Assembly: GCF_964204865.1 (NCBI RefSeq)
Contig: NC_135257.1
Location: 2,976,001 to 3,040,000, forward strand
Reading direction: 5' to 3'
DNA length: 64,000 nucleotides
Origin: Styela clava
Taxonomy: Eukaryota
Made by a program: the position numbers and the translations under genes. Of this stretch, positions 39,929 to 54,070 are shown in pieces (position 1 is the stretch's first letter; each line of letters starts with the position of its first letter). The notes beneath the pieces are model-generated. The model was given only the letters and a program-made list of their open reading frames with translations, was not told the origin of the DNA and did no database searches.

Positions 39929-39973
<45 letters not shown>
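36972..39973 (+). mobile_element. 5'-truncated non-LTR retrotransposon, L1 superfamily (Tx1-like), recent insertion
   Basis: Net 3002-bp insertion into the A7 run of GCAC-AAAAAAA-CTAATC, which is empty in every other unit. RT ORF, 3' UTR of about 115 nt with AATAAA, pure A42 tail (39932-39973). Any TSD is made of A residues only. Confidence 0.95.
36974..39817 (+). CDS. L1/Tx1-type ORF2 remnant (947 aa from the first element-derived Met): reverse transcriptase plus C-terminal CCHC; APE endonuclease absent
   Basis: IRSKIKWAEEGEHNTKYFF linker, KTPGLDGLPAEFYK, NYRPITLLNVDYKILSK, DQTGFIKGR, LDIQKAYDSV, RGLRQGD, LADD, and CDFC-x8-H-x4-C knuckle. No stops or frameshifts. Confidence 0.93.
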   Translation: MKDLEILISSLETKYASHQSDDNMQQLEIAKQSLNELLKQKTRGYLIRSKIKWAEEGEHNTKYFFGLEKRHKQRTSIAQLYENDRIISDQEQILKCIKLFYTELYSETSSHNVDIEEILQGIDIPHMEPEVSDLCPGVITEGACFEALKSMKSDKTPGLDGLPAEFYKVFWKDIKHLLMASYNHSFCKGTLSKTQKRGLITLLPKKGQTEHCISNYRPITLLNVDYKILSKTLTNQMSNVINEIVDLDQTGFIKGRNIGDNIRLICDVIDITVAESLPGALIFLDIQKAYDSVKWDFLFKILHIFGFDLKFIKWVKILYNDIQCCVTNNGHISNDFVVHRGLRQGDSFSCLTFLLVIEIFANMVRQNPKIEPIKWRDISIKISMLADDVTVMTNGSKSSIDALFQTSNIFGIISGCKINIAKCQAMYIGTKIGTSPISSEYGLNWNDEIKILGVILSNKMEGIYSKNFPQILDKVKKLLQVWKTRNLTFLGRVCIIKSLILPQILYHATVLPIDVPESFLTELNRNIYVFIWGSTWERIKRNTLIGPKEKGGVDMIDIKNFIVAQKIKFIQTLLNEEVNPVWKLIEMEVLSQYCFQALLEGKLSSNSYVLKHLPLTSIRNVFKNWYFCKNLLFDWKMSNFDQPIWYNKSISYARKQFFIKSWYDHGIKAVRHLANVGNLFTYRELTEKYGMQYSDEEYVNYYRITGVLPDYWLCNIGNCVDFSVISDTEENVCHFISETFESGKVNKSIYKKLNLIKFISPDKSRKKWTDLLYLESDFNWNKLYMDIFYCTIETKLQSFHVKLFHGAIVLNDRLYKFKLVSSELCDFCHSNVETTDHFFYDCIVVQQFWEFLNMWIYSKTGINFNFSKKDCMLGYVCQFYNKLCNCILLTARFYLYRCKIQKKKPLFYVFTSYLHEVREIERFIAHKNGKIKKHYQKWKILGYTHNN

Positions 39974-39975
<2 letters not shown>

Positions 39976-40968
39976 AATCTCTTGAAGTCCACAGAAAATT
40001 TTGAAATAAATAAAAGTAATTTTTTGCATTCTATAAAAGGTCGTATATACATAATACAATCTAAGACAATCTGAAAAAAATGTGCTACCGAAGGGTGCCA
40101 TATTTAAAGCCATGCCCTTTTTTCGAAATGTGGAAAGTTATCTTGGTTAAGATGTTTTCGGTAAATTACGGCAAGATTCATTTACAAATAATTTGCTGTC
40201 AAATCTCATTCTAGATTGGATTTAGACAAAATCAACTGATAGGCTGGAACCAAAACTTCTTTAGTTTTTGTATCTCTCGATATTAAATCATTTTTAACTG
40301 CTTTCCAGATGCCTAATTTTCAATTGTCCGATCTTACAAATTCATTAGCGTCTGCTCTGCATTTTCCTTGAACTGTTCGCTGCTCAGCAAGTGACAGCAT
40401 TATGAATCGCGTTGTTCGCTTACGCTGTTAGGACGTTGTTACGTCATAGGCATAGATAATAAATTGGACTAATATATAAGCTTTGCAGCGCAAAGGGAAC
40501 CAGATCAAACTGAATTAAAAACTAGTTTTGCTGGCCGCACACAATTCCAAATTGGCACTTCTCCGCGGGCCGCTCAATTTGGCCGCGGGCCGCACATTGC
40601 ACACCCCTGCCATAGAGTATACTTAAATTACCATTTCTTGAAATTTATATTTTATTTATATTCTTACAACATTTGATACGCGGTAAATATTTCATATATT
40701 TCTATGAAAATTATAAATAATATAAATTTAGTGTATATATATTTAAATTATATATATATATATGAAAAATTAAACGACCAAATTAAATTTTTTAATGCTA
40801 AAAGACTAAAGTTCCCAGTATACTCATTAGTACATTAATAACAAGCTTAAGCGATTGGCAAGAATAATAAAGTTTATACTGAATTAATACAAGTTCTCAA
40901 ATTTGCTTCCAGTCGGCTTGGGGCCTAACGGTTAAATTAGAATGAGTTGAATATTCTACGATAAAAAC

Positions 40969-43364
40969 TTATTCATATATAAATTCGATTCCTGTTTCTT
41001 TCATCTTTTCTTCAACTTGTCTATCTATTTCATCAGATTGTTCCGCGGTAAAATAGTTTTTCCACTTGCCAATGGTTCCTGAAATATAATAACTCACTAA
41101 GAAAGGGAAGAATTAAAGACAAATATACAAATTCGTGGCTAAACAGCATACAAAACTATCTAATAAATATACCAAAACACAAGTATTGCAGCATAATCTT
41201 ATGACGCAACGAACTAATTTATAAAACTTTTGTACCTGTAAAGCATTGCTTAGTTGCATGGCGATTCATTCCATCTTCTGATTTCGATTCCATATCCGAC
41301 TTCTTCATGTTGTCAATTGAACAATTTTTAACTATTTCATAGATTTCGTCATCTGATAGTTCTACTCCCAAGAATTCTGACAACTCTTTTGTTTTTTCGA
41401 AAGGATTCTTGATATAAAACAAAATACATTTTGAGGTCAGGCTGTAAGAAATGTCATCTCATATCAATTACACAGTAATTCGCATTATACACTCATGTTT
41501 GTACGTATACAACGTATTCCATTTTTAAAGCTAGTTGTATGATAAAATTTCAAAACATAGAAATATTTCAAAATTAAAATTTTTTAAACAGACATCTTTT
41601 AGATGGCTTGATTGAGTGATCATTTGTTGTTGTTCAGAATTAGTTCAATATGGATTACTTTTATCATTTCTTCATACACGATCAATATTGCATTCTTGTT
41701 GTTTTTTATATGCGGCAGCCAACTCAAAATGTGATCCAAATATGATTCTCCTTTTCGTATGGCCAGAGGAAGAGGATCTAATTGAATAAAATTTTCTATT
41801 TATTTTCTAATTGATTATTTTATTATTTTCAATCCAATGTCGTTTGCCTGATAATTGATGCTTTTCAAAGGAATTTTTGTATTAGACAATTAAAAAAAAA
41901 GGTTTTCAATAAACGTTTTTTGACATTAAAGATCCCAGTTATTTAACCAAAATACTTTGGACTAGACACTAAATCTTTGGTCTCTTTCTGGCATAAAATA
42001 ATATTGTATGTAAATAATCGCTTTCACTAAACATTTTTCGACATTAGATTTTAGTTATTTAAGCAAAATACTTTGGATTATCGACTACATTTTTTGCATT
42101 TTCATAAAATAACATTGTTGTTTGTCCCCAGTCTGTGAATGCTATTACCTTTCATTTGTCGTTCAAAATAATCGTTTCAATCATCGGGTGAAAATCTTGC
42201 TAATTCACCCTGCCAAGGAAATCCCTTAACAAAATGAAAGAACGATACCAGCCTGTCCTTTGGATTCCGCAATGTGTAAACGATCTGAAGAATGATCACA
42301 AATAAAATTTTTCATTGCTTGTTTATTCATATTTTGTAAATACAATTTAAATTGTTTACTAAGTGGCATATAATACAGCTCTTCACTATGTTATATTTTA
42401 CTTTTGTAAATCTATAATATCACTTCGAATGATCGATAGAATATTTTATTTCCAGAATTTTATTCTCTTAGCTTATATATACGTAACATAGGCTTGCCTT
42501 TATGTTCCTTTTTTCGTATTTTTCTAAATTCACCAATTCAGCTGGTAGATGTGTAACAAAATATCTTCTAGGTATAGGAATATTGTGCATGACATTGAAC
42601 TTTGAAGCTAAAATATACGACGACAACCATCAAGCATAAGTTATCACTTTGAAATAGCGACATTTGAGAAATCTACATAGTATTAAATAAATAACAAGCG
42701 TACTGTGTTTGGGAAAAACAATGTTGTAGTGTATATTGAATTGTCTATTTTGAATGGAAGTAAAAATCATCAGTGCTATATAGGGCTCATTGTATGTTAT
42801 TTACGTTTTAAAATGCCAACAAACAGTATCAAAGCAAACCCAATAGTAGGGCTACAAACGCGATAACATTGATCACGGTTTTTCTTAGTAAAAACAGTTG
42901 TAAGTGGGCATTCAATAGAATGATATGTATTTGTAACAATGTATCTATTAATTTCTACAATAACCTACGTGTACATGTTTCAAGATACAAATGCGGTAAA
43001 GTGATATCTTTTGTCAGTTTATCAAGTTTTTCGTCTCTTCCATACAATATCTGACGAATAATTTCTCGAGTCCATGTTGTGCCTAAAAAGAATACATAAC
43101 TTGATATTGTCTGTCATTTTTCTGTTTCTTTTATTTGTAACTATTTTTTAAACCTGTTTTTACACACGATGCCACCATCACTTCGTTTTCTCTTGGCTCA
43201 TGATGATCGAATGCATAAGATACTGTATCTGGATGGAACTGCGGAATGAATAAATGATCATTCCATTCTAGAACTTTGTCTTCTGGAGAGTATGTGAAAG
43301 TATCTTGGAAATGGACGAAGTCTTTCTGGCACCATTCCGGTAGTTCTTGTTTTAGATTTGCCAT
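40969..43364 (-). pseudogene. SULT array copy 7, W181*
   Basis: TGA allele (T at 42177); private synonymous SNP at 43338. Confidence 0.85.
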
Positions 43365-46300
43365 AGAGTTTATTATTTACAAAAAACACTGCAATTATAT
43401 GAAAGGGCCAAGTCTTGCATATTCAAATAAAATTTGATTGCATTGAAATAATAATATATAAAAGAAAAGTGTCAACCTTCTTATATTTAAACTACCTTTG
43501 CTCGGTCGTAAAACTCCATAAAATGTATTTTGAACAAAACACTGAACCTGACTTTATATCTGCCGTGTTAAATGTAGTAAAATCGTCATTATGATATAAT
43601 AAAAGAGTTTATCCGTAAGAATGTAGCATGCGATATTATTTATTTTAGAAATTAATTCAGTCCGATGGAACCATATCGTAACAACATGAATTATAATTAA
43701 ACTTGAAAGAGATGTAACTTAACTATTCGATAGCAACAATATTCATATTGTCATCCAAAAAAAACTACCAATCCCACTATTCCACAGACCCAGTAGATCA
43801 GGTGCTAAACAGGAAACGAAACCATAAGAATGATAAGCACTCGCGCTATTTTCCCCCTATAAGCAACAGTAATTAAATAAGAAGCTGTTCCATTTAATAC
43901 TGCCATCCGAATTATATTTTTGTAGTCACTGTGTCTATTACGTTCGGATTTGGGTATAATCCACCCGTTTTAAGAATTTGAATTTAAGAATCCTACTTTT
44001 CTACAAGCCCAGTGAGGTCTTTCCTGTAGACAACAGTAATTAAATTAAAGATTGTGTATTCAATATTGACGTCTGAATTCTATTTTTGTAGTCACTGCAT
44101 CTATTATAGATGCGGATTTGGGTAGAATCCAAGTGTTTTCAGGATTGGCATTCGTCAGATAGTCTAAGTCGTATTAATGATTCCTTATTGAATTTCACAT
44201 ATTAACGCTCTCGTTTTGTCCGTTTGCCACTACAAATCTTGGCGCAAACAATGTTTAATCCAAATGATGTGTGGTGTGGTACAAATGATTGGTCTCATAG
44301 GTTCTGTTGAAATATCACACATATCTAAAGTATTCAATCACAAATTATTATTAATTAGAAAATTTGCTGATAAATCATCTATCTATATTTCGGCAAAGTA
44401 TAAGTACCTTAAATCACAAATTATTATTAATTAGAAAATTTGCTAATAAATCATGTATCTATATTTCGGCAAATTATGTGTACCTTGAATTGGCATTTAG
44501 TATATTCGATTCGATTTCCTGGTTTCGAACGGCTTTCCAAAGCTTATTGTCAAGGCCAGTTTCGTCTCATATTTGTTTCTTTATTGTGGCCTGAATGCCA
44601 AAAAAAAAACAAGTAGCGCTAGTGACGGGCTAGGTCCATCACGAGTATTTAGTGCTCTGCAAGTCTCTCTGCAACTTCAACTATTAATGCACGAGTACCT
44701 TAAAAGCACATCTAAATAAGCACTGCAAAGTAGTTGGAAGTTACAACTAATGTACGTTCTTATTGCCAGAGTCAATTATTAACCTGCTTGACCGACATAT
44801 ATTCCTCTGTAGAATACAAACCTTTTTTTAGTAAACAGTATCATTAGAGTGGTCTCGATAGCTACAATGTAAGGCGATTGAAGTTGTGCAAACAAAACTC
44901 AATTTCCAGGCAGTTCAAATACTGTACGGTGTACGCAATATATATTACTAAGTGGGTTGGTTTGGCAGACGAATAGGTTTTTCAATGAATAGGTTTTTGA
45001 ACTATACCGGTTCCATTCAATGTTCATGCTTAAACCTTGGCAATGTGACCATTTGCAACTCTGAAGTCATTTGTGATTAAATTGGTATTTCTATATTATA
45101 TCTAGAATAGAAAACGTACCATATTATACTTTCATATGCATTAGTAGCTTTTGGCCCCCGGGAAGGGGCTGATTAAACTTTTGCTTATAAAGATAAAATA
45201 CCAATCATTTTTATTCATACATCATATTCAATGATCCATTCTTCTTGATTATATTGAAACATCAATTGAAATATCTCGTGCTATGAGTCAATTACGTACC
45301 GTATCACGTACCACAGTCAAACATTTCACATAAAAACGTCACTAAATAACATACTTCAACTTAACACCACCTGAATCAACTTTCGGTACAGTGACTCTCA
45401 CAACTGTTTAGGGCTGATGGACGACTCGACTACACGGACAACTCACCAGGCCTAGCTGTAGTCGAGTTGTCTGCCACCCATTTCACATGTCCCGTGACAA
45501 TGATCTGTTTTTATCCATTCAATTGCAACCTGAATTGAAATACTAAGGGCATTTGGTCCAGTAATCAATAAGAAAAGCGACTTTTTAGGTTTTCCACTAG
45601 GTGTTCAAAAACGTGTCAAAGAACAAGAACAACAAGAGAGCTATGCTCAAATATATGGACAGGTAGAGCCACATAATTTTGATGACGTCATAGCAAAAAA
45701 AAAGTACTAGCCTCCTGGAAAAAAAATTATATCTCTAATCACTGGAAATTTCAAAGCAATTGGTTCAGTAATCAAAGAGAAAAACAATTTCTTCAAAACG
45801 TGTCAAAGAACAACGAGAACAACACAAGAGAGCAATGCTTAAATATATAGACACGAAAGCTCTTTACAATAATTACATCACGCTGTTAAACCAGAAAATA
45901 TTTTTTGCATTGATAAAACCGCAACCACGATATTTCATAACATGTTGAACACTATTGGTACATTGTAATGCTTCCTTATTGGCATATTTATGTTGTTTAC
46001 CGCAGAACTGTAATGAAAAAAGCTAAAAGATAAGCATAAACATAGCAGCTGTGCAAGCGTACAAATAAAATGGAAAAAGTTAATTTGACTGCAAATGCAG
46101 GGAGAGTAACATTTAAAATTTTAAATAAACGTGATATGCTTTGGCACTTATCTACGTCACATGTTAAAAATTATCGGAGAAGTTGTAAAGTTCTTCCTTA
46201 GCATACTTTAGTTATTCACGGCAAAACTGTAACGAAAAGATGAGAGCGTAATTCACAGTGTTATGGTACCGGTGCCTTAACTCACCAGTACCATACTTTA

Positions 46301-47519
46301 TCTGTAAGTCTGATACCGGTATTCGATGGTGGAATGGTTCTTCTTTGGCATGTACAAACTCAATTCATTTTATGTTATCAAAATAAACTAATACGCTAGT
46401 ATACAAAACTTGAATTTGTGCAATAGTAAGTCACCGTGCTGCGTTACCGTACGTTCGCTTCTTCGCCGCAATCGCCACAAGGTGCCGCTATTTTTCATTG
46501 TGATCACCAATTCGCACAAAAAAACTAATCTCTTGAAGTCCACAGAAAATTTTGAAATAAATAAAAGTAATTTTTTGCATTCTATAAAAGGTCGTATATA
46601 CATAATACAATCTAAGACAATCTGAAAAAAATGTGCTACCGAAGGGTGCCATATTTAAAGCCATGCCCTTTTTTCGAAATGTGGAAAGTTATCTTGGTTA
46701 AGATGTTTTCGGTAAATTACGGCAAGATTCATTTACAAATAATTTGCTGTCAAATCTCATTCTAGATTGGATTTAGACAAAATCAACTGATAGGCTGGAA
46801 CCAAAACTTCTTTAGTTTTTGTATCTCTCGATATTAAATCATTTTTAACTGCTTTCCAGATGCCTAATTTTCAATTGTCCGATCTTACAAATTCATTAGC
46901 GTCTGCTCTGCATTTTCCTTGAACTGTTCGCTGCTCAGCAAGTGACAGCATTATGAATCGCGTTGTTCGCTTACGCTGTTAGGACGTTGTTACGTCATAG
47001 GCATAGATAATAAATTGGACTAATATATAAGCTTTGCAGCGCAAAGGGAACCAGATCAAACTGAATTAAAAACTAGTTTTGCTGGCCGCACACAATTCCA
47101 AATTGGCACTTCTCCGCGGGCCGCTCAATTTGGCCGCGGGCCGCACATTGCACACCCCTGCCATAGAGTATACTTAAATTACCATTTCTTGAAATTTATA
47201 TTTTATTTATATTCTTACAACATTTGATACGCGGTAAATATTTCATATATTTCTATGAAAATTATAAATAATATAAATTTAGTGTATATATATTTAAATT
47301 ATATATATATATATGAAAAATTAAACGACCAAATTAAATTTTTTAATGCTAAAAGACTAAAGTTCCCAGTATACTCATTAGTACATTAATAACAAGCTTA
47401 AGCGATTGGCAAGAATAATAAAGTTTATACTGAATTAATACAAGTTCTCAAATTTGCTTCCAGTCGGCTTGGGGCCTAACGGTTAAATTAGAATGAGTTG
47501 AATATTCTACGATAAAAAC

Positions 47520-49915
47520 TTATTCATATATAAATTCGATTCCTGTTTCTTTCATCTTTTCTTCAACTTGTCTATCTATTTCATCAGATTGTTCCGCGGT
47601 AAAATAGTTTTTCCACTTGCCAATGGTTCCTGAAATATAATAACTCACTAAGAAAGGGAAGAATTAAAGACAAATATACAAATTCGTGGCTAAACAGCAT
47701 ACAAAACTATCTAATAAATATACCAAAACACAAGTATTGCAGCATAATCTTATGACGCAACGAACTAATTTATAAAACTTTTGTACCTGTAAAGCATTGC
47801 TTAGTTGCATGGCGATTCATTCCATCTTCTGATTTCGATTCCATATCCGACTTCTTCATGTTGTCAATTGAACAATTTTTAACTATTTCATAGATTTCGT
47901 CATCTGATAGTTCTACTCCCAAGAATTCTGACAACTCTTTTGTTTTTTCGAAAGGATTCTTGATATAAAACAAAATACATTTTGAGGTCAGGCTGTAAGA
48001 AATGTCATCTCATATCAATTACACAGTAATTCGCATTATACACTCATGTTTGTACGTATACAACGTATTCCATTTTTAAAGCTAGTTGTATGATAAAATT
48101 TCAAAACATAGAAATATTTCAAAATTAAAATTTTTTAAACAGACATCTTTTAGATGGCTTGATTGAGTGATCATTTGTTGTTGTTCAGAATTAGTTCAAT
48201 ATGGATTACTTTTATCATTTCTTCATACACGATCAATATTGCATTCTTGTTGTTTTTTATATGCGGCAGCCAACTCAAAATGTGATCCAAATATGATTCT
48301 CCTTTTCGTATGGCCAGAGGAAGAGGATCTAATTGAATAAAATTTTCTATTTATTTTCTAATTGATTATTTTATTATTTTCAATCCAATGTCGTTTGCCT
48401 GATAATTGATGCTTTTCAAAGGAATTTTTGTATTAGACAATTAAAAAAAAAGGTTTTCAATAAACGTTTTTTGACATTAAAGATCCCAGTTATTTAACCA
48501 AAATACTTTGGACTAGACACTAAATCTTTGGTCTCTTTCTGGCATAAAATAATATTGTATGTAAATAATCGCTTTCACTAAACATTTTTCGACATTAGAT
48601 TTTAGTTATTTAAGCAAAATACTTTGGATTATCGACTACATTTTTTGCATTTTCATAAAATAACATTGTTGTTTGTCCCCAGTCTGTGAATGCTATTACC
48701 TTTCATTTGTCGTTCAAAATAATCGTTTCAATCATCGGGTGAAAATCTTGCTAATTCACCCTGCCAAGGAAATCCCTTAACAAAATGAAAGAACGATACC
48801 AGCCTGTCCTTTGGATTCCGCAATGTGTAAACGATCTGAAGAATGATCACAAATAAAATTTTTCATTGCTTGTTTATTCATATTTTGTAAATACAATTTA
48901 AATTGTTTACTAAGTGGCATATAATACAGCTCTTCACTATGTTATATTTTACTTTTGTAAATCTATAATATCACTTCGAATGATCGATAGAATATTTTAT
49001 TTCCAGAATTTTATTCTCTTAGCTTATATATACGTAACATAGGCTTGCCTTTATGTTCCTTTTTTCGTATTTTTCTAAATTCACCAATTCAGCTGGTAGA
49101 TGTGTAACAAAATATCTTCTAGGTATAGGAATATTGTGCATGACATTGAACTTTGAAGCTAAAATATACGACGACAACCATCAAGCATAAGTTATCACTT
49201 TGAAATAGCGACATTTGAGAAATCTACATAGTATTAAATAAATAACAAGCGTACTGTGTTTGGGAAAAACAATGTTGTAGTGTATATTGAATTGTCTATT
49301 TTGAATGGAAGTAAAAATCATCAGTGCTATATAGGGCTCATTGTATGTTATTTACGTTTTAAAATGCCAACAAACAGTATCAAAGCAAACCCAATAGTAG
49401 GGCTACAAACGCGATAACATTGATCACGGTTTTTCTTAGTAAAAACAGTTGTAAGTGGGCATTCAATAGAATGATATGTATTTGTAACAATGTATCTATT
49501 AATTTCTACAATAACCTACGTGTACATGTTTCAAGATACAAATGCGGTAAAGTGATATCTTTTGTCAGTTTATCAAGTTTTTCGTCTCTTCCATACAATA
49601 TCTGACGAATAATTTCTCGAGTCCATGTTGTGCCTAAAAAGAATACATAACTTGATATTGTCTGTCATTTTTCTGTTTCTTTTATTTGTAACTATTTTTT
49701 AAACCTGTTTTTACACACGATGCCACCATCACTTCGTTTTCTCTTGGCTCATGATGATCGAATGCATAAGATACTGTATCTGGATGGAACTGCGGAATGA
49801 ATAAATGATCATTCCATTCTAGAACTTTGTCTTCTGGAGAGTATGTGAAAGTATCTTGGAAATGGACGAAGTCTTTCTGGCACCATTCAGGTAGTTCTTG
49901 TTTTAGATTTGCCAT
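47520..49915 (-). pseudogene. SULT array copy 8, W181*
   Basis: TGA allele (T at 48728). Confidence 0.85.
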
Positions 49916-52900
49916 AGAGTTTATTATTTACAAAAAACACTGCAATTATATGAAAGGGCCAAGTCTTGCATATTCAAATAAAATTTGATTGCATTGAAAT
50001 AATAATATATAAAAGAAAAGTGTCAACCTTCTTATATTTAAACTACCTTTGCTCGGTCGTAAAACTCCATAAAATGTATTTTGAACAAAACACTGAACCT
50101 GACTTTATATCTGCCGTGTTAAATGTAGTAAAATCGTCATTATGATATAATAAAAGAGTTTATCCGTAAGAATGTAGCATGCGATATTATTTATTTTAGA
50201 AATTAATTCAGTCCGATGGAACCATATCGTAACAACATGAATTATAATTAAACTTGAAAGAGATGTAACTTAACTATTCGATAGCAACAATATTCATATT
50301 GTCATCCAAAAAAAACTACCAATCCCACTATTCCACAGACCCAGTAGATCAGGTGCTAAACAGGAAACGAAACCATAAGAATGATAAGCACTCGCGCTAT
50401 TTTCCCCCTATAAGCAACAGTAATTAAATAAGAAGCTGTTCCATTTAATACTGCCATCCGAATTATATTTTTGTAGTCACTGTGTCTATTACGTTCGGAT
50501 TTGGGTATAATCCACCCGTTTTAAGAATTTGAATTTAAGAATCCTACTTTTCTACAAGCCCAGTGAGGTCTTTCCTGTAGACAACAGTAATTAAATTAAA
50601 GATTGTGTATTCAATATTGACGTCTGAATTCTATTTTTGTAGTCACTGCATCTATTATAGATGCGGATTTGGGTAGAATCCAAGTGTTTTCAGGATTGGC
50701 ATTCGTCAGATAGTCTAAGTCGTATTAATGATTCCTTATTGAATTTCACATATTAACGCTCTCGTTTTGTCCGTTTGCCACTACAAATCTTGGCGCAAAC
50801 AATGTTTAATCCAAATGATGTGTGGTGTGGTACAAATGATTGGTCTCATAGGTTCTGTTGAAATATCACACATATCTAAAGTATTCAATCACAAATTATT
50901 ATTAATTAGAAAATTTGCTGATAAATCATCTATCTATATTTCGGCAAAGTATAAGTACCTTAAATCACAAATTATTATTAATTAGAAAATTTGCTAATAA
51001 ATCATGTATCTATATTTCGGCAAATTATGTGTACCTTGAATTGGCATTTAGTATATTCGATTCGATTTCCTGGTTTCGAACGGCTTTCCAAAGCTTATTG
51101 TCAAGGCCAGTTTCGTCTCATATTTGTTTCTTTATTGTGGCCTGAATGCCAAAAAAAAAACAAGTAGCGCTAGTGACGGGCTAGGTCCATCACGAGTATT
51201 TAGTGCTCTGCAAGTCTCTCTGCAACTTCAACTATTAATGCACGAGTACCTTAAAAGCACATCTAAATAAGCACTGCAAAGTAGTTGGAAGTTACAACTA
51301 ATGTACGTTCTTATTGCCAGAGTCAATTATTAACCTGCTTGACCGACATATATTCCTCTGTAGAATACAAACCTTTTTTTAGTAAACAGTATCATTAGAG
51401 TGGTCTCGATAGCTACAATGTAAGGCGATTGAAGTTGTGCAAACAAAACTCAATTTCCAGGCAGTTCAAATACTGTACGGTGTACGCAATATATATTACT
51501 AAGTGGGTTGGTTTGGCAGACGAATAGGTTTTTCAATGAATAGGTTTTTGAACTATACCGGTTCCATTCAATGTTCATGCTTAAACCTTGGCAATGTGAC
51601 CATTTGCAACTCTGAAGTCATTTGTGATTAAATTGGTATTTCTATATTATATCTAGAATAGAAAACGTACCATATTATACTTTCATATGCATTAGTAGCT
51701 TTTGGCCCCCGGGAAGGGGCTGATTAAACTTTTGCTTATAAAGATAAAATACCAATCATTTTTATTCATACATCATATTCAATGATCCATTCTTCTTGAT
51801 TATATTGAAACATCAATTGAAATATCTCGTGCTATGAGTCAATTACGTACCGTATCACGTACCACAGTCAAACATTTCACATAAAAACGTCACTAAATAA
51901 CATACTTCAACTTAACACCACCTGAATCAACTTTCGGTACAGTGACTCTCACAACTGTTTAGGGCTGATGGACGACTCGACTACACGGACAACTCACCAG
52001 GCCTAGCTGTAGTCGAGTTGTCTGCCACCCATTTCACATGTCCCGTGACAATGATCTGTTTTTATCCATTCAATTGCAACCTGAATTGAAATACTAAGGG
52101 CATTTGGTCCAGTAATCAATAAGAAAAGCGACTTTTTAGGTTTTCCACTAGGTGTTCAAAAACGTGTCAAAGAACAAGAACAACAAGAGAGCTATGCTCA
52201 AATATATGGACAGGTAGAGCCACATAATTTTGATGACGTCATAGCAAAAAAAAAGTACTAGCCCCCTGGAAAAAAAATTATATCTCTAATCACTGGAAAT
52301 TTCAAAGCAATTGGTTCAGTAATCAAAGAGAAAAACAATTTCTTCAAAACGTGTCAAAGAACAACGAGAACAACACAAGAGAGCAATGCTTAAATATATA
52401 GACACGAAAGCTCTTTACAATAATTACATCACGCTGTTAAACCAGAAAATATTTTTTGCATTGATAAAACCGCAACCACGATATTTCATAACATGTTGAA
52501 CACTATTGGTACATTGTAATGCTTCCTTATTGGCATATTTATGTTGTTTACCGCAGAACTGTAATGAAAAAAGCTAAAAGATAAGCATAAACATAGCAGC
52601 TGTGCAAGCGTACAAATAAAATGGAAAAAGTTAATTTGACTGCAAATGCAGGGAGAGTAACATTTAAAATTTTAAATAAACGTGATATGCTTTGGCACTT
52701 ATCTACGTCACATGTTAAAAATTATCGGAGAAGTTGTAAAGTTCTTCCTTAGCATACTTTAGTTATTCACGGCAAAACTGTAACGAAAAGATGAGAGCGT
52801 AATTCACAGTGTTATGGTACCGGTGCCTTAACTCACCAGTACCATACTTTATCTGTAAGTCTGATACCGGTATTCGATGGTGGAATGGTTCTTCTTTGGC

Positions 52901-54070
52901 ATGTACAAACTCAATTCATTTTATGTTATCAAAATAAACTAATACGCTAGTATACAAAACTTGAATTTGTGCAATAGTAAGTCACCGTGCTGCGTTACCG
53001 TACGTTCGCTTCTTCGCCGCAATCGCCACAAGGTGCCGCTATTTTTCATTGTGATCACCAATTCGCACAAAAAAACTAATCTCTTGAAGTCCACAGAAAA
53101 TTTTGAAATAAATAAAAGTAATTTTTTGCATTCTATAAAAGGTCGTATATACATAATACAATCTAAGACAATCTGAAAAAAATGTGCTACCGAAGGGTGC
53201 CATATTTAAAGCCATGCCCTTTTTTCGAAATGTGGAAAGTTATCTTGGTTAAGATGTTTTCGGTAAATTACGGCAAGATTCATTTACAAATAATTTGCTG
53301 TCAAATCTCATTCTAGATTGGATTTAGACAAAATCAACTGATAGGCTGGAACCAAAACTTCTTTAGTTTTTGTATCTCTCGATATTAAATCATTTTTAAC
53401 TGCTTTCCAGATGCCTAATTTTCAATTGTCCGATCTTACAAATTCATTAGCGTCTGCTCTGCATTTTCCTTGAACTGTTCGCTGCTCAGCAAGTGACAGC
53501 ATTATGAATCGCGTTGTTCGCTTACGCTGTTAGGACGTTGTTACGTCATAGGCATAGATAATAAATTGGACTAATATATAAGCTTTGCAGCGCAAAGGGA
53601 ACCAGATCAAACTGAATTAAAAACTAGTTTTGCTGGCCGCACACAATTCCAAATTGGCACTTCTCCGCGGGCCGCTCAATTTGGCCGCGGGCCGCACATT
53701 GCACACCCCTGCCATAGAGTATACTTAAATTACCATTTCTTGAAATTTATATTTTATTTATATTCTTACAACATTTGATACGCGGTAAATATTTCATATA
53801 TTTCTATGAAAATTATAAATAATATAAATTTAGTGTATATATATTTAAATTATATATATATATATGAAAAATTAAACGACCAAATTAAATTTTTTAATGC
53901 TAAAAGACTAAAGTTCCCAGTATACTCATTAGTACATTAATAACAAGCTTAAGCGATTGGCAAGAATAATAAAGTTTATACTGAATTAATACAAGTTCTC
54001 AAATTTGCTTCCAGTCGGCTTGGGGCCTAACGGTTAAATTAGAATGAGTTGAATATTCTACGATAAAAAC

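Noticed and set aside
37963-40113. Minus-strand ORFs within the LINE, including poly-Phe ORFs
   Set aside because: Antisense shadows of ORF2 and of the poly(A) tail.
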